A stretch of 64,000 nucleotides of DNA from Octopus sinensis (Eukaryota). Shown one piece after another: positions 50,348-63,135 of this stretch. The notes beneath the pieces were generated by a model. It ran no database searches. It saw only the letters and a program-made list of their open reading frames with translations, and was not told where the DNA came from. Numbering within the stretch: the stretch's first letter is position 1; each line of letters starts with the position of its first letter. Made by a program: the position numbers and the translations under genes. The DNA lies in assembly GCF_006345805.1 (NCBI RefSeq), contig NC_043008.1:63240001-63304000 (forward strand). Direction: 5' to 3'.

Positions 50348-52115
50348 TTTACTTGTTTCAGTCACTGGACTGTGGTCGTGCTGGAGCACTGCTTTGAAAG
50401 GTTTAGTCAAGCAAATTAGTCCCGGTACTTATTTGTAAATGGGGGTCAATAATCTTATAGGGGTCTTTTGCTGAATCGCTAAGTCACAGGGACTAAACAA
50501 ACTAACCCTGGTTGTCAAGAATCCATGGAAGACCAACACACACTTAAACACAAACATCCACACACGCAAATGTATGCACACACATATATACACACTCACA
50601 CACACTCACATGCACTTTCACACATACTCACACACACATATATACACACTCACACACACTCACATGCACTTTCACACATACTCACACACATATATACACA
50701 CTCACACACACTCACATGCACTTTCACACATACTCACAACATATATACACACTCACACACACTCACATGCACTTCACACAGACTCACACACATATACACA
50801 CTCACACACACTCACATGCACTTTCACACATACTCACACACATATATACACACTCACACACACTCACATGCACTTTCACACATACTCACACACACATATA
50901 TACACACTCACACACACTCACATGCACTTTCACACATACCACACACACATATATACACACTACACACACACACTCACATTGCACTTTTCACACATACTCA
51001 CACACACATATATACACACTCACACACACTCACATGCACTTTCACACATACTCACACACACATATATACACACTCACACACACTCACATGCACTTTCACA
51101 CATACTCACACACATATATACACACTCACACACACTCACATGCACTTTCACACATACTCACACACACATATATACACACTCACACACACTCACATGCACT
51201 TTCACACATACTCACACACATATATACACACTCACACACACTCACATGCACTTCACACATACTCACAACATATATACACACTCACCACACTCACATGCAC
51301 TTTCACACATACTCACACACATATATACACACTCACACACACTCACATGCACTTTCACACATACTCACACACACATATACACACTCACACACACTCACAT
51401 GCACTTTCACACATACTCACACACACATATATACACACTCACACACACTCACATGCACTTCACACATACTCACACACACATATATAACACTCACACACAC
51501 TCACATGCACTTTCACACATACTCACACACACACATATATACACACTCACACACATTCACATGCACTTTCACACATACTCACACACATATATACACACTC
51601 ACACACACTCACATGCACTTCACACATACTCACACACATATATACACATCACACACACTCACATGCACTTTCACACATACTCACACACATATATACACAC
51701 TCACACACACTCACATGCACTTTCACACATACTCACACACACAATATACACACTCACACACACTCACATGCACTTTCACACATACTCACACACACATATA
51801 TACACACTCACACACACTCACATGCACTTTCACACATACTCACACACATATATACACACTCACACACACTCACATGCACTTTCACACATACTCACACACA
51901 TATATACACACTCACACACACTCACATGCACTTTCACACATACTCACACACATACACGATAGGCTTCTCTCAGTTTCTGCAGACTACATCTACTCACAAG
52001 ATTTTTCTCAATCCAGGGCTATAGCAGAAGGTATTTATCCCAGGTGTTACTCTGTGGGACTGAACCCAATACCATATGGTTCAAAAGCAAGCTTCTTCTT
52101 AACCACACAGTCTCA
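50348..52115 (-). mobile_element. SINE family B whose internal microsatellite expanded into a 1.4-kb minisatellite
   Basis: 3' half of the SINE at ~50348-50570, 5' half at ~51955-52115, and the array in between. Confidence 0.8.
50575..51955. repeat. Minisatellite, ~49-56-bp unit, about 26 copies
   Basis: Unit catatatacacactcacacacactcacatgcactttcacacatactcacaca. The tgcactt anchors fall at 50611, 50665, 50717, 50768, 50817, 50869 and onward. Confidence 0.95.
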
Positions 52116-52949
52116 CCTGTATCACTAGAATGTATCAGGAAGGACTTTTACTCAAAACATACAGGAATGCCAATATTTATTCACAAAGTCTATTTCAATA
52201 AATGGTTCTGAATTTTTCCCCCTCCTTTGAATATTTACAATCGGCAATGCTTTCTTACCAAATAACAGTATGCCACATACACTTTCTATCACTTCCACAC
52301 ACACACACACACACACATACATGCATGTGTTTCTATACGGTTGTTTGTATTTCATAAGATTTTCCATTCTTAGTGCAACACGCAAACTAAATAGAAAGTG
52401 CTCTTGCTGATGGCTAAATATCAATAATATATATATCTTGAAGTAATTCTGCCAAATAACTATTATTTACCGAAACATATATAATTACTACATATAACTA
52501 TTTTACATTGGAACATATATATATATACATATATATATACACACATATATATACATATATATGTACATACATATACATATGTCTGTGTATACATATGTCT
52601 ATATATATATCTTTATATATATATATATATAAAGATATATATGTGTGTATATATGTATATATATATATATTATATATATATATATATATAAAGATATATA
52701 TATATAGACATATATATACACATACATATGTATATATATGTTATATATATATATTATATATATATACACGTACATACATATACATATGTATGTGTATATA
52801 TATATGTGTATATATATATCTTTATATATATAAGTACATGCATATATATATGCAGCGTGGAAGGAGTTTATATATATGAATATATGTATATGTATGTGTA
52901 ATAATAATAATAATGAAATTATTGTATACAGTGCTCAGGTGCACCACAG

Positions 52950-53029
<80 letters not shown>

Positions 53030-53589
53030 GTGTACATATATATATTTATAAATGTATGTATATGTGTTTATATGTGTATGCACTCTTTGTACCGAAATAG
53101 ATTTAGGCTAGCATGAAGAAACCTTTAATTTACTTCAAACAACACCATACTTCTAGGTACAAAAGTTATAGTATAACTCACATAAGTAAAGGACATTATT
53201 AAAAATGCAGAGGTGAATTGATATTAAAGAGAGGTGAGATATTAATGCAATGAGGAAATGCAGTATAAAAATACAACACAAAATACAAAATAATTATCTT
53301 AATGTTTTCCCTATTTGAGAATATGAAATTAGCAGTTAACCATAAAACAAGGTGAATAACAGCCTATTCATAATAGTTATGTAAATATGGAGTCTTTCTT
53401 TTAAAATTTAGTAGAGTAGCTTTGGAACATGGTTGTGAGCAGATTAAAATCTGTGTTTGATGGTGACTTTGATGTAGAAAATATTCAGTGTGCAAACAGA
53501 CCATAATAGTCATAGAATTACACAGTTTGTCAGTGGTGTCCTGAGATTGGTCAGGGTTAGATTGATGCATAGATTTATAGTATCTAATA

Positions 53590-53780
53590 TATTTCTTTAC
53601 TACCCACAAGGGGCTAAACACGGAGGGGACAAACAAAGACAGACAATCGGATTAAGTCGATTACATCGACCCCAGTGCTAACTGGTACTCATTTAATTGA
53701 CCCTGAAAGGATGAAAGGCACAGTCGACAAAATACCGCTAAGCATTTTGCCTAGCATCCTAACATTTCTGCCAAGTCACC
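53590..53780 (-). mobile_element. SINE family A, internally deleted
   Basis: atttctttactacccacaaggggctaaacac...gtcgac|aaataccgctaagcatt. Confidence 0.8.
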
Positions 53781-53789
53781 ACCTCCCAT

Positions 53790-54056
53790 AAACAAGGTTG
53801 TTTATGGAAGACCAACATTCACCCATGCATACCAGCCTCTCCTATCCATGCCACCAATGTTAACCAAGGGAGAGGCAAAGCCAATACAGCTTTTACCAGT
53901 GACTTAGCAACCCATCTCAACAGTTGAGTTAACTGGAACAACATAAAATAAAGTGTCTTGCTGAAGAACACAACACACAGCCTGGTCCAGGAATCAAACT
54001 CACCACCTCATGATCGTGAGCCTGATACTCTAGCCACTGCACCATGTGCCTTCACA
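53790..54056 (-). mobile_element. SINE family D (uninterrupted 5' portion)
   Basis: The reverse complement matches 34978-35150 joined to 35560-35640. Confidence 0.8.
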
Positions 54057-54899
54057 TGGTGCTAAAAGAAAATCAAAGAAAGGACTCTATACATTAACAA
54101 CAATCAGTCAATAGTAATTTTTGTTTGTCACTTGTAGAAGGGGCTTTTGAAACCAATGTTTTGTCTCTAAAGCAAGCAGGTAGCTTTCATCAGATGGTTT
54201 TCAATTTTGGGTTTTATTTCAACACAAACTGAATGGATAGTAGTATTTCTTCTTATTTCATTTATTAAGTAAACCAACTTCTTAGTGCACACATGATAAT
54301 AAACCATATTATACTGAGATGACAAAGGACATCATAGATTTCTCTAAGATTTTGGAGTTTCGCTGCTCAAAAGATACTTAAAAACATATTAGTGATATAG
54401 TTTAGTGAGCAAGAGGGATAAAGAGTGTCATATGAGAGGCAGTCTAATTAGAACTAGTGTCTGGTAAATAAAATGTTTTTTTTTTTTATTTTTTAATTTT
54501 TCTCACTTATATATGTATATGAACAAGACTAATTTTTGATTTGCTATGAGCAATGAGAAAATGTTATTCTAGGAAATAATGCTTCCATTTTTGGAGAGCT
54601 TCAATGATTACCCATGCCTTGTTTTTAGTTAATGAGTGTTTTCATTCATATTCTGCTAAATATGAATTTATCAAATAACAGGAGGTGATGGACTCATATA
54701 GCAGTCAAGTTACATATATGGAAAAAATATGTTGAGTACCTTTGAGAAGGGCATTTACAGTATAATATTAATTTATGATACCCTATCAAAGTATAGCATC
54801 TAAAATTAAGTTTTTTAGGACTGTAATTATAATTTGTGATAGTTGGGAGAGCCAAGTGTAATATCAATTATATCATCACCATGGGCTATGGAATAGTGA

Positions 54900-55280
54900 T
54901 TTATAGAAACCATTTAAAGTGTTGCATTGAAGAGTTGGGGTTACTGTGGGTTTGACATGGGTTTATGAAGCTCAGTGTGCTTCTAGTCTCAAGAAAAAGA
55001 TGCACTGTTTTACAGTTTATTTCAACCGGTACTACAGTTCTTGATATGGCCGCAGAAGCATCAGATGTAGTTGCAAGAAAGATTGCAGCTGATATAGTGT
55101 CTTACAAGATCAGTAAACTTTTCCGTTGCATTGGCTGCATCTCTTTGATCAGGTCCTTGTTTCTAGAGTTGCTAGTGAGACTACAAAAGAAACTCTTAAG
55201 TCCCAACATAGCTTTCATTGTAAGATCTGAGTCAGGTGCTTTCAATTCCTCTTTAATCAGTGCATGATTATTTTTCTGGT
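54900..55280 (-). mobile_element. Degenerate Ty3/Gypsy gag C-terminus and aspartic protease region
   Basis: Minus frame reads LKSFFCSLTSNSRNK... (eroded zinc knuckle), a stop, then SRTVVPVEINCKTVHLFLETRSTLSFINP, resembling V.INGK.V.AL(I/L)DTGS..SFI. Confidence 0.55.
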
Positions 55281-55354
55281 TAATGATGCACTAATTAAGC
55301 AGTAACTTGCTTAAAATTCTGTTTTTGTATATGTCTTAATGTTCAGGCCAAGCC

Positions 55355-55558
55355 ATATCATCACCATCATCATCATCATCATCATCATCATCATTTAACG
55401 TCCGCTTTCTATGCTAGCATGGGTTGGATGATTTGACTGAGGTCTGGTGAACCAGATGGCTGCACCAGGCTCCAGTCTGATCTGGCAGAGTTTGTACAGC
55501 TGGATGCCCTTCCTAACCCCAACCACTCCGAGAGTGTAGTGGGTGCTTTTATGTGCCA
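55355..55558 (-). mobile_element. RTE 3' tail (family C)
   Basis: (CAT)n plus tttaacgtccgctttc...ccaaccactccgagagtgtagtggg. Confidence 0.8.
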
Positions 55559-55814
55559 CATACATATACACACATATACATATATATAATTACTAAATGA
55601 ATAAATATTCGAAAATATTTCTATAGATATTATTAATTATTATCATTAGTAAAAAGAATAACAGCAATAATATAGGTGGCCAACAAGCAAAGGCCAATAA
55701 ATGGCAAATCAAAAATCCTCCAAGAAAACCACCAATGATTGGGAAAATAACAAGCACAACAGAAATTAACTTACCATCTCGGCAGAAATCTGTAGAATGA
55801 GGAAATAGATATCC

Positions 55815-55866
<52 letters not shown>

Positions 55867-55899
55867 CATACATACATACAGACATACATATATATATAT

Positions 55900-56283
55900 A
55901 TGTCATGGCACTTTGTCGGTTATGGAAACGAGGGTTCCAGTTGATCCGATCAATGGAACAGCCTGCTCATGAAATTAACATGTAAGTGGCGGAGCACTCC
56001 ACAGACATGTGTACCCTTAACGTAATTCTCAAGGAGATTCAGCATGACACAGACTGTGACATGCCTGGCCATTTGAAATATGGGTACAACAGAAACGGGA
56101 AGAAAGAGTGAGGGTAAGTTGTGGCAAAAGACTACAGCAGGGTTCGCCACCATCCCCTGCTGGAGTTTCATGGAGCTTTAGGTGTTTTTACTCAATAAAC
56201 ACTCACAATGCCTGGTCTGGAATCGAAACACTGATACCACGACCGCGAGTCTGCTGCCTTAACAATTGTGCTATTACACCTCC
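55900..56283 (-). mobile_element. SINE family E head and body joined to a different 3' module
   Basis: 56090-56283 matches 31238-31430; the remainder does not match 31430-31545. Confidence 0.7.
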
Positions 56284-56315
56284 TATATATATATATATAT
56301 TATATATATATATAT

Positions 56316-56350
<35 letters not shown>

Positions 56351-57104
56351 CATACTACATACATACATACATACATACATACATACATACATACATACAT
56401 ACTACATTACATACATAATACATACATACATACATATATATATGCAAAAGCTAAAATGACGTTAGAATTACATAAGTAATTCTGACATCTTTTTAGCTTG
56501 TTTTTCCATTCCTAATTTTTACATATGTATTTGTAACATCGTTTCAGCTTTTTTTTTTTTCCTTTTCCTTAATTTTTGCTACCGATGAATACTTTACAAC
56601 AAACCAGATTCTTAAAATGAATCCATTGTCTTTCTGTATGAAATAATCATATAGCAACATAAATAAAAATAATGTCAATTCATATTAATATCTAATAATC
56701 TCGTCCATTTACGAAAAATATGACTGGGTTTGTTGAACTTTGTTTTATAAGTTAAATTGTATACTTAATATACTTATATAAATACTTAATATACTTATAT
56801 AAATTGTATACTTAATATACTTATATAAATACTTAATATACTTATATAAATTTTCATATCTATGTTAATTTGCACCAGTAAATTTAAGTAGAATATGAAG
56901 AAACAACATTAGAAATCTCTTGGAAACTACTCCAATTAATGGACGAATTTGCATTCAACCCTTTTAAAAAATATATATATCTATGGATGTATATATATAT
57001 ATTTATGTATATACACTATATATTATATATATATTATATATATATATAATATGTATATATATATATATTCATATGTATGTATGTATGTAGTATATACATA
57101 TATA

Positions 57105-57151
<47 letters not shown>

Positions 57152-57180
57152 TGTATATATATACATACATTTATATATGC

Positions 57181-57235
<55 letters not shown>

Positions 57236-57484
57236 TTAGAGACAAAACCACTATTTTGCAAACAAACAAGGAAAGACTTAATCAATACATAAAATTTTAA
57301 TAAAAAGTCAAAAAAACCGCCACTTCTCTAATAATATTATATAAATTTACTATAAAATTGGATTAATCCTAATCTGATTTTTCCCTGTAAATTGGATTTA
57401 TTCCCTAATATTTATTATTATATATATATATATATATATACATGTATATACTTATATGCATATATACATGTATGATATATATTT

Positions 57485-57515
<31 letters not shown>

Positions 57516-57550
57516 ATATCTATATATATATTATATATATATGTATAAAG

Positions 57551-57890
57551 AATTGCAGCATGGAAGGTATTTATAAACCATTTAAGAAACACACAAAAGC
57601 CGTTAGATTCACTTCCACATTTAAATTTAATTTGCCAAAATATTTTCATTGCGTTGAGACCACGACCTGTTCACTGACAAAATTCCATGCTGCATGGAAT
57701 TTTGTCAGTGAACAGGTCATGGTCTCAACGCAACGAAAATATTTTGGCAAATTAAATTTAAATGTGGAAGTGAATCTAACGGATTTTGTGTGTTTCTTAA
57801 ATGGTATATAAACACCTTCCATGCTGCAATTGTTTTTGTTCCAGTACACGATCTCAGATTAGGTCACTTGCTTATGCAAATACATCTCTG

Positions 57891-57893
<3 letters not shown>
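57551..57893. mobile_element. Palindromic (TA)n-embedded Penelope/retrozyme-like element, long version (281-bp palindrome plus tail)
   Basis: 140-bp arms around a single T at 57691, with 5 mismatches. The tail is shared with 4416-4472. Each arm holds a hammerhead-like motif. Confidence 0.8.
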
Positions 57894-57925
<32 letters not shown>

Positions 57926-58089
57926 ATATACACATGCACACACACACCTATAGATAGATAGATTCAGTAAGGTATATAATACCACTTGCTAAAATCAAAG
58001 CAAAAGCTTATATTGTCCCTGTAACAGTGTGAACTTGCTAGCCACCTTATTATTACCTTATTAATATCATCATCTTTTAAGAACTATAT

Positions 58090-58305
58090 ATATATATATA
58101 GTTAATCCAAACAAGAAAACACAAAAAAACACAACAACGTGAGGACGTGGAACAAATATAGTATTATTGGACGTTCAGGAAAGAATGAAAGAAGGAGGGT
58201 TTAACGTTTCGAGCGGAGTTCTTTGTCGGAAACGTAGGAAAAGGAAAGATCCAGAAAAGGGAAGACAGAGGAAAAAAAATCGCCAACGGTACACACGAGG
58301 TCACA
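58090..58305. mobile_element. (TA)n-flanked short element with a degenerate hammerhead-like motif (- 58199-58233)
   Basis: Minus strand reads GUUU-CCGACAA-A-GAAC[UCC]GCUC-GAAA-CG-UU|AAAC. Confidence 0.5.
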
Positions 58306-58353
58306 TATATACACATATATGTGTATTATATTTATATATACATATAAATCTGC

Positions 58354-58389
<36 letters not shown>

Positions 58390-59169
58390 ATGCACACTCA
58401 CAACACACACATATGCACACATGCACAATACACAAGAATAAGCACCATAAACAGTTAGTATTTTTAATAAGATTTATATTGTAAGGAAACTTTTGGAATT
58501 ATCAGAAAACAATGATCCATTCCTTGCCTACAATCAATCAAATATCTTCATTCTCGGACAATGCCAATAATGCTTAATAAGCAGTTTCTTGAAATCTGGT
58601 ACCACTGAGTGAAAATACAAAATTTGGCACAAAACATATGCTGTCTCATTTACTAACTCAGAATGTTCGTTTGAAATGAAATTAAAAATGGAAGATAGTT
58701 TTATGAGGTGACAGAATGGAGCCAACTCTCAGCTAGATTTAATTTGGAGATTTATTTTACTGGAGTATTCAATATTCTACTTTAAAATTTGATAAAAAAA
58801 AACAAGGGAATATTTAAAAAATTTTCTATTATGTCAAATTATTTTTGGTTCTTTGATAAAGCAGGAATTAGATTCGAAGAGAAATATTACATAAGTTAAG
58901 CGGTGTTTTACTTTCAAGTGTGTTATAAATTCCTTAGATAGTGCATGGTCTTACGTCATTTGAAATTCTCAGTCGCCAACATAACACAACTCAAAGTAAT
59001 ATTTGTTTTGTAAACGTAAGTGCTAAACATTCTGATTTGATTTGTAAGCATTATGAAACATCATTTTGTGTTTTAGTTTCCCAATCTAACACTGGATGAT
59101 TCCATTATTTTGTTATCACCGCTCTTTCCTTTTTTTATTATTCGAATTACCTCTATGTATTTAATCATG

Positions 59170-59684
59170 TTCTCATTGTTGACGCCATCATCCTCAGCAT
59201 CCTCATCATCATCGTCATCATTATCATAATAGTCTCTCTTGCTATCAATGCTGTCATCATCTTCGTCAATACTGCTACTGCTATATCTGTCACTACCATT
59301 GTCATCATTACCATTGCTACCCCCTCCATTGCTGTCACTGTTATTGTCATCATCATCATCATCATCATCATCACCATCATCATCATCACCATCACCATCA
59401 CCATCATCATCATCACCATCACCACCACCATCACCACCACCATCACCACCACCACCACCATCACCATCATCATCATCACCACCACAACCACCACCACCAT
59501 CACTATCACCATCAGCATCATCATCATCATCATCATCATCACCACCACCACCATCACCATCATCATCATCGCCACCACCACCACCACTGCCACCACCACC
59601 ATCACCATCATCATCATCATCATCATCATCACCACCACCACCATCACCATCACCATCATCATCATCATCATCATCACCACCACC

Positions 59685-59730
<46 letters not shown>

Positions 59731-59760
59731 CCACCACCACCACCCACATCATCATCATTT
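59170..59760. repeat. (CAT/CAC)n compound microsatellite
   Basis: Read directly from the sequence. Confidence 0.95.
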
Positions 59761-60182
59761 TAATGTCTATTACTCAAAGCTTCCATGGGTCAGACAAAAT
59801 TGTTGCACTCATAGTTTCTCTGAGTGAATATTCTTCCCCCGACACCAACCCTCACCTCTATCCATGTAAGGTATTAATTCCCCTAGATATTTGAATTCCC
59901 CCTAGATATATGAACAGCATAGGAGCTTGCTTAGCCCTGCCTAAAGGAGATCCAAAACTGAATCTACACTTTTGTTTCTTGTCAGATGACTGTCTGATTC
60001 CTTTGGGTTTTATCTCCATGTTGGGAAATTAATGAGAAACATTTGACCTCCTAGTAACTTTGCTGGTCACTGAAGTGTCAGTTCATTGCTTTAAGTTTGA
60101 CCTACTTCCAGGCCATACCCTATATAACTGAGATCATCTCTCTTGCTCTCTTCCAGATAATAGAGCAAACATTTCTATTCAA

Positions 60183-60570
60183 TGTGGTAAGTAGCTTGCT
60201 TACCAACCACATGGTTCTGAGTTCAGTCCCACTGTGTGGCACTTTGGGCAAGTGTCTTCTACTATAGCCTTGGGCTGACCAAAGCCTTGTGAGTGGATTT
60301 GGTAGACAGAAACTGAAAGAAGCCCATCATATATATGTATATGTGTACATGTATATGTTTGTGTGTCTGTGTTTGTCCCCTCCACATCAATTGACAACCA
60401 ATGCTGGTGTGTTTACATCACCATAACTTAGCAGTTCGACAAAAGAGACTGATAGAATAAGTAATGTGCTTACAAAGAATAAGTCCTGGGGTCGATTTGC
60501 TTGACCAAAGGTGGTGCTCTAGCATGGCCACAGTCAAATGACTGAAACAAGTAAAAGGGCATAAAAGAGA
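60183..60570 (+). mobile_element. SINE family B
   Basis: Colinear with the other copies. Confidence 0.85.
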
Positions 60571-60664
60571 GAATACATACATACATATATATATATGTAT
60601 GTATGTATGTAAACATATATATATGTATGTATGTATGTGTGGATGTATGTATATGTATGTGTAA

Positions 60665-60695
<31 letters not shown>

Positions 60696-60747
60696 CATGT
60701 ATGTGTATGCTTTGTATATGTGAGTGTAAATATGATAATGACCGTAC

Positions 60748-60807
60748 CAATATTCAATGTAAGCATCGATTAAAAGTAGGCAGCAGATTGCGATAATAGT
60801 TTCATTT
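60748..60807 (-). CDS. Candidate 60-nt exon ([21 protein letters not shown])
   Basis: Strong acceptor tattttattcattgtttcacag and donor TTG|gtacgg; only the phase-2 frame is open. Confidence 0.4.
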
Positions 60808-60915
60808 CTGTGAAACAATGAATAAAATATGCAGAAGTTAATATGCTAATTAATTATGAATCTGTTAAGAGATTATATTAGGAATTCATGAAAACCAACA
60901 AAAACTGATTAATAC

Positions 60916-60982
60916 AATCGGTTGCAGTTCTGGTTTCCCCATTCTTTGATGATGGTTGCATAATTGCCATGGAGAAGAAATT
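60916..60982 (-). CDS. Candidate 67-nt exon (E-FLLHGNYATIIKEWGNQNCNR)
   Basis: Acceptor gttatgttacactag and a weak donor (gtatta). Phase 1 to 2 bridges exons 62526-62615 and 60748-60807. Confidence 0.3.
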
Positions 60983-61259
60983 CTAGTGTAACATAACATG
61001 AGATTAATAAGTAACAATTATGATATGAATGTCGAAACAGCTTTCAGCTGTTTCTTTTTCAATCTACTTTTATTTTATCAGACAATAGATTGTAATAAGG
61101 GAACACAAGTTTAAGTATATGTGCGGTTTAATATGAGAGATAATATATACAGAGTAATTTAGTTGGAACAGAATTGAGAGACATTACGATGTAGGAGTTG
61201 TTTTTAGTGTGATACAATGTAGTTCAGTAGTATAGTGCCGTATAAGTGTAGTTTCACTT

Positions 61260-61547
61260 GTCGTCATCATCATCATCACCATCATCATCATCATCGTCAT
61301 CATCATTATCATCATCATCATCATAATTGTCAGCATCATTATCATCATTTTCATCAATCATAATTATTACTTCAAGTGTCATTTTTGTCGTTGTCATCAT
61401 CATCATCATCATCATCATCACTAACATCAATACCACCACCACCACTACCTCCACCCATCATCATCATCATCGTCATCATCGTCATCATCATCGTCATCAT
61501 CATCGTCATCATCATCATCATCATCGTCATCATCATCGTCATCATCG

Positions 61548-61581
<34 letters not shown>

Positions 61582-61900
61582 TATCATCATCATTGTCAAC
61601 ATCATTATCATCATTTTCATCAATCATAATTATTACTTCAAGTGTCATTTTTGTCGTTGTCGTCATCAGCATCATCATCACTAACATCAATACATCACCA
61701 CCACCACCTCCACCCATCATCATCATCATCATCATCGTCATCATCATCGTCATCATCATCGTCATCATCATCATCATCATCATCGTCATTATTGTCGGCA
61801 TCATTATCATCATTTTCATCAATTATAATTATTACTTCAAGAATCATTTTTGTCGTTGTCATCATCATCACCACCATCATTACCACCATCACCACCACCT
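61260..61900. repeat. Three-copy higher-order repeat of a (CAT)n array with a ~60-bp unique core
   Basis: The core cattatcatcattttcatcaat(c/t)ataattattacttcaag...tttttgtcgttgtc recurs at ~61335, ~61600 and ~61800. Confidence 0.85.
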
Positions 61901-62525
61901 CCACCCATGCCAGCATGGAAAACAGACGTTAAACGATGATGATGACATACATACATATATATACATATACACACACACATCTGAAGCCACATGTGGACAT
62001 ATTTTGGGTGCATTCCATCAAAACCTGTGTAGGAGATATGAAGATATAAATGATTTAATAACATCTTGAGCATTTGTTTCCATTTTCTATTTCACATACA
62101 TTAATATATATATATAGATAGATAATGATTTAGATATGTATATACATGCTTGTATGTATGTAAAATCTAATTAATTCATTTGCTGTTATCCACTTCATTT
62201 TATGCTCTTCAAACATTGTACAAACACACACATACATGTACAAGAACAAGGACACACACACATGCACACATGTGGAGATTGTTGCACATTTTCTCACACA
62301 CTTGGTGAAATGAATGGTATTCATCTAAATTATTTCTATAAGAAGTTTTCTTTGCAATTACTAGTGGGAAATTGATCGCTCTTTAACTTCTTTATTTCTT
62401 TGTTAACTTTTCAAAATATGAATAGGAATATAAAAATTTTATATATAACAAAAAAAAATAAATAAATAGAAATTTAATAAGATTATTTACAAAAATAATC
62501 ACCTCAACACCCCAGACACACCTAC

Positions 62526-62615
62526 CGGTAAATTTTCCATCAGATTCGGTAATGTCTTTAAGTTTTCTGCTTATTTGACCAAAGCAAGCAATGCCTGACA
62601 GTAAATTACACACAA
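62526..62615 (-). CDS. Internal coding exon of an unidentified gene (V-VCNLLSGIACFGQISRKLKDITESDGKFT)
   Basis: Long polypyrimidine acceptor ctttttttttcttttattgaaatgttgtctcattcag, 90 nt open in phase 1-1, strong donor CCG|gtaggt. Confidence 0.6.
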
Positions 62616-63014
62616 CTGAATGAGACAACATTTCAATAAAAGAAAAAAAAAGTTTATTTCACTATGTGTCTGCAAGTGGTGTTCAATGAGCATGAAAAAT
62701 CATTGATTTTTCAAACATTCTGACAAGTACAAGACAGTCCAAAACTAGCTGTAGATCATTACCAAACAATTAGAGTTTATAAAGAATAACAACTTTTCAA
62801 TTTAGATAGTTTCAGCGCTTATTCAAATGCATCAATGCTAGCTAATTCTTCTGGACATAAAAGACTAATCTGTTGACTCTATTAACTACAGAAGAATTTG
62901 ATTTTAATCTACTTCTAAGTTGTTGCTATTGATTTTCAACTTCTTACATTGATCTTCTCCATACACCATATTGTGATGGATGCATTTGCATAGGTGAGGC
63001 AAGTGTCAGCATAC

Positions 63015-63083
<69 letters not shown>

Positions 63084-63089
63084 CATGTG

Positions 63090-63135
<46 letters not shown>

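Noticed and set aside
50525-52128. 320-470-aa His/Thr-rich ORFs
   Set aside because: These are translations of the ~52-bp minisatellite, open in all three plus frames, and lie inside a SINE.
54965-55267. 100-aa plus-strand ORF with protein-like composition
   Set aside because: Better explained as the antisense shadow of a degenerate Gypsy gag-protease frame on the minus strand.
58534-58725. 63-aa minus ORF, or a hAT-like SECSF segment on the plus strand
   Set aside because: No convincing splice-site pair or transposase motif; the length is within chance expectation.
59073-59763. Gly/Asp-, Met/Val- and Pro/Ser-rich ORFs
   Set aside because: Translations of (CAT/CAC)n repeats on both strands.
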